Source: Mobula hypostoma
Taxonomy: Eukaryota
Direction of reading: 5' to 3'
Length of the DNA stretch: 64,000 nucleotides
NCBI RefSeq assembly: GCF_963921235.1
Contig: NC_086107.1
Location: 103,604,001-103,668,000 of the forward strand
Part shown: piece after piece, positions 41,050-53,479 of the stretch
How positions within the stretch are numbered: position 1 is the first letter of the stretch
Layout: every line of letters begins with the position of its first letter
Translations under genes and position numbers: made by a program
Notes under the pieces: generated by a model
The model's input: the letters and a program-made list of their open reading frames with translations, nothing else
The model's database searches: none
What the model was told of the DNA's origin: nothing

Positions 41050-41560
41050 TGATGGATGGAGTGATGGTCTGATGGAAGTATAGTTTGATTGAGGGATTGT
41101 CTGATGGAAGAATGAGGAACGAGTTGATGGAGAGATAGTTTGATGGAGTGATGGTGTTACACAGTCGTGGTCTGATGGAGTGGTGATTGATGGAGGGCTG
41201 ATTTGAAAGAGCGATGGTCTGATGGAGGGATGGGCTAATGGAGAGATTGACAGTGATGGGTTGATAGAGTGATGATCTGATGGAGGGATGGTTTGATAGA
41301 GTGATAGTCTGAGGAGTGATAATCTGATGGAGGGATGGTTTGATAGAATGATAGTCTTATGGAGGGATGATCTGATGGAGGGATGGTTTGATAGAGTGAT
41401 AGTCTGAGGAGTGATAATCTGATGGAGGGATGGTTTGATAGAATGACAGTCTTATGGAGGGATGATCTGATGGAGGGATGGTTTGATAGAGTGATGGTCT
41501 GAGGAATGGTGATCTGATGGAGAGATGGGCCGATGGAGGGATGGTTTGTGGAAGGAGTGA
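41050..41560. repeat. ~16-bp minisatellite (GATGGAGGGATGGTCT-like) with 95-bp higher-order repeat
   Basis: GATGATCTGA recurs at 41271, 41366 and 41461 with near-identical intervening sequence. Confidence 0.9.
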
Positions 41561-42624
41561 TTCACTCTCTCCATCGTTAGTGAGAGGAAGAGCCAGTGGG
41601 ATGTTGAACTATTGGGATGCACAGTGGTTTTCTATGGACTCTCGATCATGGTCTCTTCAGGGGCTTGCATGGTGGGTGGAGGTGGGGTCTAATGATTTCG
41701 TTAGGGCAGGTGGGGGGCTAGGAGATGGGGGAGGGTTGATGCTTTGCTGCTGCTTGAGCATGGGAGGGCTTTGGAGTTCTAATGTTTTTCTGTCATATAT
41801 TCTTTGGGGGTTTTCTTCTGTTACATGGATGTCTGTGAAGAGTAAGAATTTCAGGTTATATCTTGATAGCACTCTCTGATATTAAATAGAAGCATTGAAC
41901 CACAGATGTGAAGGATGGTGGGGCAGTTAGCTACTGTAAATTACCCTCAATGTGGAGCTGAGTGGTAGAATCTGGTGGCAATTGATGAGAACGTGAGAAA
42001 AATAAAAGGGGTTGGATTCAGTGTAAAAATGGGTGTTTGATGGTTGGCATGCATTCAGTGGGATGTTTCCATGCAGTATCTTCCGCTCTATAACCACAGA
42101 AAATGTGTGGATTGCTGCAGTTTGTGAAGTTAAAACAGGGCATGACTTACACAGTAAATGGTGAAGCCCTGGGGAATGTCGTAGAACAGCGAGACCTACT
42201 GAGTGCAAGTACACAGTTACCTGAAAGTCTCCAACTCAGATAAACAGGGTAGCAAAGGAGGTGGTTGGCATGCTTGCCTTCGTTGTCAGGGCACTAAGTA
42301 CAAGAACTGGGACGTCACGTCAAGGTCAAAGTTATTGTCAAATGCAGAAGTACGTGTGAGCACAGGTACAATGAAAAGCCTACCTGCAGCATTGCAGACA
42401 CACATAAGCAATATTCACAAGAAAGATAGAAATTATTCACAGTTTTTACGAGAAAGAATACCATTAGAACCAATTAGAAGCCCACTTTAGTGCAAGGTGA
42501 CCAAAGTAGTCATAGTGTTGCAAATGATCAGGGTTCCCTGGTTGGTGGGGATCTTTGATGATGGATGTTGCCTTCCTGAGGCATCACGTCCTGTAGGTAC
42601 CACTGTTGGTGGGGAGGGATGTAC

Positions 42625-42990
42625 TTACTGCCTGTTACACTGCTGGAGTTTAGGGCAGCAATGAAGGTCCTCCATCTCTGGTGATGTTCAGGGCTTCCTT
42701 CATCATGTCAGTAGCTTCCTCTCTGTTTTCACTACTGTCAGTCATACAAGTCCCGGGTGGAGACTCAGGAATACTGTCGCACTCAGATGTAGAAGGATTC
42801 TTCATTGCTCTTTCCATAACAATTTTGTTTGATCAGTCAGGGTTGTTAGCCTTGAGTTGAATCCTTGAACCTGGAGGACCAGTGGACCACTCTCAGTCTG
42901 TCCTCTATCCTTTGACCTGTTTGGCATGAGTGACCCTGACAAGAGCCAAAAATCCAGGCCCTAACTCCAGGCAACATAGCTCTGTGAGTT
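42625..42990 (-). mobile_element. non-autonomous RTE-derived bipartite element
   Basis: same family as 4308-4591; an oppositely oriented copy follows at ~43205-43450. Confidence 0.72.
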
Positions 42991-44726
42991 GTTTCCTCTT
43001 GGGGGGGGGTGTAGTGGGGAGGGTGGAGTGATGTACTCATGGTGTTTTGAGCTGAGTCCATGGCTCTCCGCAGCTTCTTAAGTTCCTGTGCATTCGAATT
43101 GACATTCCAGAACATGATGCAAGCAGTCAGGAAGCTTTCAGCTGTACAGCTGTAGAAATTGTCCCAACAGTAGGAGATGTCGGCCAGGCCACACTTGGTC
43201 CATCAAACCTCCAGGTTCTGGGGTTCGTCTCAGGGCTAACAACCCTGACTGGTCAAACAAAGCTGTCACAGGAAGAGCAATGAAGAATCCTTCTGCAACT
43301 GAGTGCGACAGTATTCCCGAGTCGCCACCTGACTGACAGCAGTGAAAACTGAGGGGGAAGCTCGGCGAAGGAAGCCCAACAGCACTAGAGCTGGAGGACC
43401 TCCATTGCCACCCTAAACACCAGTGGCATAATGGGCAAAAGAAGAAGAAGATAGGTAGATGGATAGGAAAGGTTTTAAAAGATATTTTGAACTAGCTCAG
43501 ATAGATAACTTGGTTGGTAGGGATGTGTCAACCCAAAGGGCCTGTTTCCATCCAAGTTGCATAACTCTGTGACTCTAAAGAGCAGTACTCACAGAAACCG
43601 GTGTGGCAACAAAATAGATCCCATACTGGGAAGTCTAAACCAAATAGCACAGATGGAGATAGCCAGAGAAGAGAAGGAAAGGATTCAGGGTCCAGTCTTA
43701 ACTTCTAAATAAAATGAATAACCAAACTTATTGGCTGGTTTCAGTCTCAGTGCAAACTTTAACATACAGAAACATTTGATTCCTGTCAATTATTAATAGC
43801 TTTAGCACAATCTCTGCCGATGCTGTAAGACTAGAAATCACAGGACCGGCCACCTTGTGTGTGCTCAGGGACAGGCTCAGGCCAAAACGCCTCCTCTTCA
43901 CTGATGCTGCCTGGCCTGTTGAGTTCCTGCAGTACTTTGTGTGTGTTGCTCTGGATTTCAGTGACCAGAGCCAGGACTGAAGTCTGGGATCAGAACCAAT
44001 TATATTATCACTGACACCTCACATGAAATTTGTTTTGCAATATCGTGCAAATAAATAAAAATCTATAAATTACAAATATAACCAAAAAAGAACTAGCAAG
44101 GTAGTGTTTATGGGTTCATGGACCATTCAGAAGTCTGATGGTGGAGGGGAAGAAGCTGTTCTTAAATTGTTGAGCGTGAGGATGCTCCTGTACCTCCTCT
44201 CTAATTATAAAGATGTAATTATTAGTTTTATTTGTCACACGTACATCGAAACATCTGAAATGCGTCAAATCAAATCAGTGAGGATTAGACAGGGCAGCCT
44301 GCAAGTGTTGCCACACTTCCAGCACGAACGTAGCATGGCCACAACTCACTATCCCTAATCTACGTCTTTGGAGTGTGGAGAGGAGAGGAGAGGAGCACCC
44401 ACTTGGTCATGGAGAGAACATACAAACTCCTTACAGGCACGGTGAAAATTGAACCCCAGTCAGTGATTGTTGGCACTACAAAGTGATGCGCTAATGGCTT
44501 TGTTACTGTGCTGCCCCTGGCAGTAACGAGAAGAGGGCATGTCCCAGAAGGTTAGTTCTGGATGCTGCCTTCTGTAGGCACCGTCCCTTAAGGATGCCCG
44601 AGAATGCCAGGATCTGGAATGTGGACGGGCTTGTGCTTGGGACTGGGGTCCAGCTTGCTTTTGTGTACCTTGCCCTGTTTCAGCTGGAGGATTCACGGCG
44701 CTAATGTGTCACATGTAAAACATGTG

Positions 44727-45005
44727 GGACGGTAGTGTAGCGGTTAGCACAACGCTTTACAGTACAGGTGATCTGAGTTCAATTCCCGCTGCTGCCTGTA
44801 AGGAGTTTGTATGTTCTCCCTCTGACCCCCGTGGGTTTCCTCTGGGTGCTCTGGTTTCATCCCACAGTCCAAAGACGTACTGGAGGTTAATTGGTCATTG
44901 TAAACTGTCCAGTGATTAGGCTAGGGTTAAATTGGGGGATTGCTGGGTGGAGTGTGTTAAGAGTTGAAAAGGTATGTTCCATGCTATATCCCAATAAATA
45001 AATAG
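44727..45005 (+). mobile_element. full-length V-SINE/HE1-type tRNA SINE
   Basis: GGTAGTGTAGCGGTTAGC A box, GAGTTCAATTCCC B box, V-domain, (TAAA)n tail. Confidence 0.85.
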
Positions 45006-45574
45006 ATATTTAGATAAAGTATCTGGGTACAAGTGTAATATCCTAGAGTTCAGAAAATATGCTAGTCCAGCCTTTCCATCGCCCCCAAAGTGCTGGATTA
45101 TTGTAGTGTTGCTCTGCTCAAGCACTGGGGGGCGGTGTTGGGGGCATCGCCATTGGATCGTGGCTGGGAGCCTTTGGGTAGATATTATCCATCAGGGTAT
45201 CAGGACCGTTGTGATTTTTCTCAATATGCCTTCTCGCTTACCACGAGATGAATTCCCAACGGCTGCCAAGTCGTCAAGGACTCTGGGGAGGCAGTGGGAT
45301 GTAGCGTCCCTGACGGACTGAAGTGGTTTCAGCGAACTCCGGCGTTGTGCAGTTCTGTCAGCACGGTGCAGCTGCTGATAAACATGTCATAGCAGCTGAA
45401 TCGTTCTGCGGTGCGACAGGAACCTGTACCACTGCCCTATATGGCCGTCTGGATTACCTGCTATCATCACCAGAGTGTAGGATGAGAAGAGCCTGTCTCT
45501 GCCCAGAGAAATGACGACTCGAGCCCTGAACTAATGCAGCCTGCACCCCCGTGATTCTGTCCCTCGGAGTCACG

Positions 45575-46020
45575 GGAGATTCTGCAGGTGCCGGAAATCC
45601 CGAGCAACACACACAACGTGCTGGAGGAACTCAACAGGTCAGGCAGCATCAATGAAGAGGAGTAAACAGCTGAGATCTTTCATCGGGACCGGAAAAGAAG
45701 GGGACAGGGTACAGAATAGAGAGGAGAGGAGAGGAGAGGGGTATGAGTTGGCAGGTGATAGGTGAGAACAGATGAGGGGGAAGGAATGAAGAAGCTGAGA
45801 GGGGACAGGTGGAAGAGGTAAAAGGCTGAAGAAGAAGGAACCTGCTAGGAGAGGATTGTGGACCGTGGGATAAAGGGAAGGAGGAAGGGAACCAAAAGGA
45901 GGTGATGGGTATCCATTTCTCCCCCCCCCCCCGTTTCCCGTCCTCAGTCTGGTTAATCTCTGACCCCCCCCCCTTCTCTTCTCCTCCTTCCATTTAATCC
46001 ACGGTCCACTCTCCTCCCCT
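45575..46020 (-). mobile_element. Penelope-like 3' end with rearranged purine/pyrimidine tract
   Basis: GCTGGAGGAACTCAACAGGTCAGGCAGCATC end sequence; hammerhead partly deleted. Confidence 0.7.
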
Positions 46021-46239
46021 ATTAGGTGCTGGGTGTTGTAAATACGGTGCGATTTTATGACTGGTATCAACCAAGGGCGGTTGTCTAACTTCCTCAGCCC
46101 CGGCAGGTTGTGACTGTGCTTTTACCCAGCCGCGTTAGTACATCAATGCGTTTCCAAAGAAGGACTGATCCGCCTCGCCTGTGATCCACACGGTTACTGT
46201 TTACACAGCACCCAAAGGCATCTCAAAGCACATTTCTCA

Positions 46240-46900
46240 GTCCCGCTTTTCTATATAAACGGTGGACATTTGCACAACCCCTCACTAACTTTCCGCAGAG
46301 AAGTTTTTTTTAAGAAAAACAAGTTGTTCAGGTTTTACTTTGCTTAAAGAGGGCAAGTGACGTCACGGGGCAGCTGTCAACGGGAGGTGCCAAAGCGGGG
46401 GGAGAACTGTGGGCCAGCGAGCCTGTCCTCTGTCCCGTTAACATTCTCGACAGGTGCTGACAACCGAGGCAGCAGCTGGTCGGAACGAGAGAAATTCTAA
46501 AGGGGGACTGACTGTAAAAATAATTTCTTTACCATGCCCTTCAAAACCGATGCTGTTGGACCCCTGCTCCGCGCGGCTCTGTCTAAAGCTCGGGGGGGCC
46601 GTACTGGCGCACTATCGGCGTGGTCCAAGCGTCCCCGGGGCTGTGGCGGGGGTGCGTGCAAATTTTGTGAAGTGTTCATCGAGATTGGAGGCTAGGCCAC
46701 CTCCGGAGAGAACATTCAGGGTCAGAATGCTGAGACCAGGTCCTCCGGCGTCTGTCCCAGTTACAGCGGCCCACAAGACCCCTTGTATTTGGCTGAAGTA
46801 CGCCGTTGCCGAAGGGAGGGTCAGCGCCCTTTTAGGAAAAGCTTAATGTCGCCGGAGCCTGGCATTGTCTGAAGGGTCAACGTTATCCGCCTTACACACT
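46240..46900. promoter_or_regulatory. CpG-rich enhancer or alternative promoter with full CRE
   Basis: TATATAAA 46252-46259, palindrome GTGACGTCAC 46357-46366, CAGCTGTCA 46371-46379, non-repeat CpG-rich sequence. Confidence 0.5.
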
Positions 46901-47491
46901 GACTTGCACGAGGAACTTGCTGTGGTGTGCTGGTCAGCGCCGCGACTTGCAACAAAACCAACACTCAGCAATTATTGACAATTATGTAAAATAAAGTTAG
47001 AGGTTAAAGGAAAAATGCGCATAAATGCATATTTAGAACGTAAACAACATCGTAAAAGGTGGTTTAAAGTGTTTACAGTGCAGTGACTGAGCTAATAGAG
47101 GGGGCGGGGGCTAACTAGATGGTTGGTCAGATTAACTTTTATTTACTATTTTTTAATTGAGATACAGCGTGGAGCGGCCCATTTCGCGCTGCCAAGCCAC
47201 CCCCCCCCCCGATTTAACCGTGGAACAATTTGCAATGACCAACTAACCTATCAACCGGCACGTCTTCGGACTGTGCGAAGAAACCGGAGCACCCGGAGGA
47301 AACCCACGCGGTCATGGGGAGAACGTACGAGCTCCTTACAGACAATGGCGGGGACTGTACCACGGTCGCTGGAACTGTGAAACATTGCGCTAGCCATTAC
47401 AATGCCGTACCGCCCTGATAAGATGGCGTGGTTTTTGCAGCGCTTTCCAGGGGAGAGCCTGTCGGTAAAGGCAGTTTGCAGGATGGGTAGT

Positions 47492-47991
47492 GTCCACTAC
47501 ATTTTCTCCTGCCCACTCTTTGTCCTGGACGCACACAAGTCCCTTTGCATCTCAGAGTTTTGGATTTTCTCCTCGTTTAGAAAATAGTCTGCACATTTAT
47601 TTCTTCTACCAAAGTAAATGGCCCTGCATTTTCCAACATTGTATTTCATTTACCACTTTCTTGCCCATTCTCCTAATCTGTCTAAGTCCTTCTGCTGCCT
47701 TCCTGTTTCCTCAACGCTACCTACCCCTCCACCAATCTTTGTATCATTTGCAAACTTGGCAACAAAGCCTTCTATTCCATCATCTAAATCATTGTTATAC
47801 AGCATAAAAAGAAGCGGTCCCAACACCGACCCCTGGGGAACACCACGGGTGACCGGCAGCCAACCAGAATAGGATCCTTTTATTCTCACTTGCTGCCTCC
47901 TACCAATCAGCCAATGCTCTAACCATGCTAGTAGCTTTCCTGTAATACCATGGGCTCTTAACTTGGTAAGCAGCCTCATGCGTGGCACCTT
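47492..47991 (-). mobile_element. CR1 RT internal fragment
   Basis: GVPQGSVLGPLLF...KFANDTK. Confidence 0.9.
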
Positions 47992-48172
47992 AGTATGTAG
48001 AGATGTGGTTGCCCAGTGTCACCTACTGTCTCCTGTCATGGAGAAAGTTTGTGATCCACCTGTAACTGGCACCTGGGTATACTAAGTTTGGAGAGTTTCT
48101 CTTGCAGAAGCTCTGGGAGGATAGTATTGAAGGCTGAACTGAAACCAATAAAGAGAATCCTCAAATATAAAA

Positions 48173-50520
48173 TCATAAGACATAGGAGCAGAATTAGGCC
48201 ACTCGGCCCATCAAGTCTACTCCGCCATTACATGTTAGTAGGGAAGTGGTGTTAGGTAAATTGAAGGGATTGAAGGCAGATAAATCCCCAGGGCCAGATG
48301 GTCTGCATCCTAGAGTGCTTAAGGAAGTAGCCCAAGAAATAGTGGATACATTAGTGATAATTTTTCAAAACTCGTTAGATTCTGGACTAGTTCCTGAGGA
48401 TTGGAGGGTGGCTAATGTAACCCCAATTTTTAAAAAAGGAGGGAGAGAGAAACCGGGGAATTATAGACTGGTTAGCCTAACGTCGGTGGTGGGGAAACTG
48501 CTGGAGTCAGTTATCAAGGATGTGATAACAGCACATTTGGAAAGCGGAGAAATGATCGGACAAAGTCAGCATGGATTTGTGAAAGGAAAATCATGTCTGA
48601 CGTATCTCATAGAATTTTTTGAGGATGTAACTAGTAGAGTGGATAGGGGAGAACCAGTGGATGTGGTATATTTGGATTTTCAAAAGGCTTTTGACAAGGT
48701 CCCACACAGGAGATTAGTGTGCAAACTTAAAGCACACGGTATTGGGGGTAAGGTATTGGTGTGGGTGGAGAATTGGTTAGCAGACAGGAAGCAAAGAGTG
48801 GGAATAAACGGGACCTTTTCAGAATGGCAGGCGGTGACTAGTGGGGTACCGCAAGGCTCAGTGCTGGGACCCCAGTTGTTTACAATATATATTAATGACT
48901 TGGATGAGGGAATTAAATGCAGCATCTCCAAGTTTGCGGATGACACGAAGCTGGGTGGCAGTGTTAGCAGTGAGGAGGATGCTAAGAGGATGCAGGGTGA
49001 CTTGGATAGGTTGGGTGAGTGGGCAAACTCATGGCAGATGCAATTTAATGTGGATAAATGTGAAGTTATCCACTTTGGTGGCAAAAATAGGAAAACAGAT
49101 TATTATCTGAATGGTGGCCGATTAGGAAAAGGGGAGGTGCAACGAGACCTGGGTGTCATTATACACCAGTCATTGAAAGTGGGCATGCAGGTACAGCAGG
49201 CGGTGAAAAAGGCGAATGGTATGCTGGCATTTATAGTGAGAGGATTCGAGTACAGGAGCAGGGAGGTACTACTGCAGTTGTACAAGGCCTTGGTGAGACC
49301 ACACCTGGAGTATTGTGTGCAGTTTTGGTCCCCTAATCTGAGGAAAGACATCTTTGCCATAGAGGGAGTACAAAGAAGGTTCACCAGATTGATTCCTGGG
49401 ATGGCAGGACTTTCATATGAAGAAAGACTGGATGAACTGGGCTTGTACTCGTTGGAATTTAGAAGATTGAGGGGGGATCTGATTGAAATGTATAAGATCC
49501 TAAAGGGATTGGACAGGCTAGATGCAGGAAGATTGTTCCCGATGTTGGGGAAGTCCAGAACGAGGGGTCACAGTTTGAGGATAGAGGGGAAGCCTTTTAG
49601 GACCGAGATTAGGAAAAACTTCTTCACACAGAGAGTGGTGAATCTGTGGAATTCTCTGCCACAGCAAACTGTTGAGGCCAGTTCATTGGCTATGTTTAAG
49701 AGGGAGTTAGATATGGTCCTTGTGGCTAAAGGGATCAGGGGGTATGGAGGGAAGGCTGGGGCGGGGTTCTGAGTTGGATGATCAGCCATGATCATAATAA
49801 ATGGCGGTGCAGGCTCGAAGGGCCGAATGGCCTACTCCTGCACCTATTTTCTATGTTTCTATGTTTCTATTCCATCATGGCTGATTTATTATCCCTCTCA
49901 ACCCCATTCTCCCTGTAACCTTTGACACCCTGACTAGCCAAGAACCTATCAACCTTCACTTTAAGTATACTCAACGGTTTGGTCTTCACGGCTGTTTGTG
50001 GAAATAAATTCCACAGATTCACCACCCTCTGGCTAAAGAAATTCCTTCTCATCTCTGTTCTAAATGGACATCCCTCTATTCCAGGGGTTCCCAACCTTTT
50101 TTATTCCATGGACCAATACCACTAAGTAAGGAGTCCATAGAGTCTATTCAGAGGCTGTGCACTCTGGTCCTAGATTCACCAACTATAGGAAATATCCTCT
50201 CCACATCCACTCTATCTAGGCCTTCAATATTCTATAAGTTTCAATAACAGCCTCCTCCTCCCCCCCATCATTCTTCTAAACTCTAATGAATATAGGCCCA
50301 GCACCATCAAATGCTCCTCGTAGGTTAACCCTTTCATTTCTGGAATAATTCTCAGGAACCTCCTCTTGTCCCTCTCCAATGCCAGCACATCCTTTCTTAG
50401 ATAAGAGACCCAGAACTGCTCATTATACTCCAATTGCGGTCTAGTCCAATATCAAGCCTCACCATCACGTCCTTGTTCTTATATACTAGTCCTATTGAAA
50501 TAAATGCTAACATTGCATTT
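48173..50520 (-). mobile_element. older CR1 3' fragment hosting the 48234-49870 CR1 and a hAT MITE remnant (50082-50141)
   Basis: tail at 48173-48226 continues at 49876; CTCTATTC/GTCTATTC flank the MITE. Confidence 0.8.
48234..49870 (+). mobile_element. 5'-truncated young CR1 LINE with uninterrupted RT reading frame 48246-49772
   Basis: KSPGPDG, YLDFQKAFDKVPH, GVPQGSVLGP, FADD; (TTTCTATG)n tail; imperfect TSD ATTACAT 48227-48233 / ATTCCAT 49869-49875. Confidence 0.96.
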
Positions 50521-51594
50521 CAAAGTTCACAGTAAATTTATTATCAAAGTACAGAAAAGTCACCATACACAACCCTGAGATTCATTTTCTTGCAGGCATA
50601 GTCAATTGGTCCATAATAGAATAATAAAAATAATGGAATCAATGAAAAGCCGCTCCAACTTGGACATCAACCAGTGTGCAAAAGACAATAAACTGTGTAA
50701 ATACAAAAATACAAAAATAAATAAATAAATAGATAATAACTAGATAAATAGTGTCCTTGAAAGTGAATCCATTGATTGTGGGAACATTTCAGTGACGGGA
50801 CAAGTGAAGTTAAACCCATTTGGTTCAAAAGCCTGATGGTTGAGGGGTAATAACCGTTCCTGAACCTGGTGATGTGGGTCCTGAGACTCCTGTACCTTCT
50901 TCCTGATGGCAGCAGGAAGAAAAGAGCATGGCCTGGGTGGTGAGGATCTCTGGTGATGGATGCTACTTTTCTACAACAGCATTTCATGTAGATGTGCTCA
51001 GTGGTGGGGAGGGCTTTACCCGTGATGGATCCACTACTTTTTGTAGGATTTTCTGTTCAAGGGCATTGGTGTTTCCATACCAGGTTGTGACTCAACCAGC
51101 CAATATACTCTCCACCACACATCTATAGAGGTTTTAGATGTTGTGCCTTCCTTTATGTACCAGGGGATTTGAGATGCTGAAGTCCAAACGGATGTTAACT
51201 GTATCAACTACAGATCTGTTGACTCTGTGAGCAAGCTGCAGCAAATCTAGAAAGTTTGAGTTATGGATTTGAGAAATCACATGAATAACCTGTTCTGCTA
51301 TACCTGAACTCCCAAGATCTGGCAATTTTATGAATCTGATGGTGTTGGGCTATTGGATGTAACTTCTATTAATATTCTCGATACACTACAATAGACTTTG
51401 TTTTAGGTGGTGCACAGTTGTATAATGAATCTTCAGGTGAACTTGGTGAATTTCTAGGGAACACGGGAACAAGATCTGAATGAGTTTGAAGGGAGTGTGG
51501 AAACTTCAGCCAATGAAGTAATGCTGAGCTGTCAGGATATCTGAACAATCAGGTAGTTGATTATTGGAGTTTTACTGTAGAAAAAAAAAGATCA

Positions 51595-52137
51595 GGTTCA
51601 AGTTTAATTATCATTCAACTAGACATGAATACCCATGAACTCAGCCAAATGAAACAATGTTACTCTGGGGCCAAGGTGCAAAGCACATTACCAACAGTGA
51701 TACACAGCACAAGGCACATATAACACATATAAGACAGCAGTCAAATACAGTCAAACAAAAATATATAGTCCAAGTCCCTGAGTCCATGAATATTACAGCA
51801 GTCTGCAGTTGAACACAATACATCTTGTTTTCTGCTGAGTGAACACTGGAGGGCAGCACTGACTCCAACGTGTACACTGCGCCACCCCAGTTCTGGCACT
51901 GGTGGAGCTCACCGATACCTCTCTGAAGCAGGCAGCAGCACAATCCGCATCAAGTCCTGCTCATTCAGTTTCTCCACCAATGAGTAACTTGCTAATGGGG
52001 TAGACCTGCATTACTTCAAGTTCTTAATGTCCATCAGGGTCTTGCGATCGTAAAAATTTTGATTAAAGAAAGGCAAGGTTTTAGTCGACCGCGTAGCAGC
52101 TGTTGCATCCGAGCTCACCGCCATCTTACCGGAAGTT
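51595..52137 (-). mobile_element. non-autonomous LINE derivative: promoter-like 5' end joined to a repeated 3' tail
   Basis: minus-strand start ACTTCCGGTAAGATGGCGG; tail shared with ~16088-16200 and ~35170-35255. Confidence 0.5.
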
Positions 52138-52432
52138 GGACGCAAACTAACTTTTAGACAGAAGGACAGAGGTCGAGACAGTCACAAACTTGATATGCAA
52201 AGATGGTAAATGGTATAGATGGGCGCTTGGTAATCAGTTTATAGTTGTCACGTATACCAAGTGGAAAGCTTTTGGTTGTATGTCATCTAGTCAGATCATT
52301 CCAAATGCAAATACATCGAGATAGTGCAAAAGGAAAAGTAGACAGTTACAGTGAAAGTGTCATGTAGGTAGAAAATGTTCACGATGAGGTAGATTGAGAG
52401 ATCAAAAATTCATGTTTAACTTATAAGAGGTT

Positions 52433-52801
52433 CCTCCAAGAGAACCACCACGTTGTCATAGGGTTTGGAGGCTTGTGTACCTCAATGACCTGGAGAGTGG
52501 TGTTGGCTGGAGTCAGGGCTTTGCCTCTTGGTAGGGTCACCCATGCCAAACAGGTCAAAGGGTAGAAGCCAGACCAAGAGTAGTCCACCGGTCCTCCAGG
52601 TTCAGGGGTTCGGCTCAGGGCTAACAACACTGACTGGTCAAATGAAACCCTTACGGAAACAGCGATGAAAAATCCGATATCTATGTGCAGCTGAGGACCA
52701 TGAACCACACCTGGGGCACAATGGAGAGAATGGTCAAGGACAGACAGAGATAGGGGAACTTCATTGCTGCCCTAAACACCAGTGGTGTAATGGGCAGTAA
52801 G
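52433..52801 (+). mobile_element. complete non-autonomous RTE bipartite element with 12-bp TSD
   Basis: TTATAAGAGGTT at 52421-52432 and 52802-52813; RTE-like 5' UTR fused to a C-terminal remnant TWGTMERMVKDRQR. Confidence 0.82.
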
Positions 52802-53000
52802 TTATAAGAGGTTTTCTCAAGAGTTTTATAAACTGATGGCAAGACTTTGGTGTGTCAAAGGGTTTGAACCCCTAAGAGCCAAAAAAATGTGAGCCAATAG
52901 AATTCAAAGGACAACTGAAGGGGTAGCCAACCAGGACCGAGTGAATGGGGGAGGGGCAATGTAAAAGCGAGCACTCCCCAGAGAGAAACACCAACAACTG

Positions 53001-53042
53001 TGTACTGAGGATGTCACCTCGACGGGTGATGAAACGTCTGCA
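53001..53042 (+). ncRNA. minimal type-I hammerhead ribozyme (Penelope family B), intact core
   Basis: TGTA CTGAGGA T GTCACC TCGACG GGTGAT GAAA C GTC TGCA; 4-bp stem I, 6-bp stem II, predicted cleavage after C53038. Confidence 0.85.
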
Positions 53043-53479
53043 AGGTCATTGCCAAGCTCAGCGTACACCGCGACATCGAGAAGAGAGAATATTTGGGATG
53101 GGTGGGGCCTTTGATTACACTGGCCGCTTTACCGAAGCAGCGAGAAGTGTAGACAGGGTCTACAGAGGGGAGGCTGCTTTCTGTGATGTGCCGAACTGCG
53201 TCCACAACTCTCTCCAGCTTCCTGCAATCTCAGCAGAGCTGTGATGCGTCTGGGTGGAGAATGACCTTGTGTTTTGTCTTGTCCATTTGTGAATGTGTGA
53301 AAACCAAGCCTAATTTGCTGGGCTAAGAGGACTGTTTCTGTACTGTATATTCTGCCAGTAATCCTTTAAGCTCCCTCTGTCTACAATTATAAAAATCAAA
53401 GAGTTCACAACGCAGTGGTTGAGACAATTACCCTGTTGCATGCTATTTACATTTGGTGAAGAAACTACGTCAAATCTGG

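Noticed and set aside
44727..44800. tRNA-like sequence (also 55255, 63560-63615)
   Set aside because: SINE heads with A/B boxes but no complete cloverleaf
48680..49384. antisense ORFs over CR1 RT (also 60202-62331)
   Set aside because: shadow frames of LINE ORF2
51160..51500. possible coding exons of the 39-kb gene
   Set aside because: short frames, no recognisable peptide and no convincing phase-compatible chain
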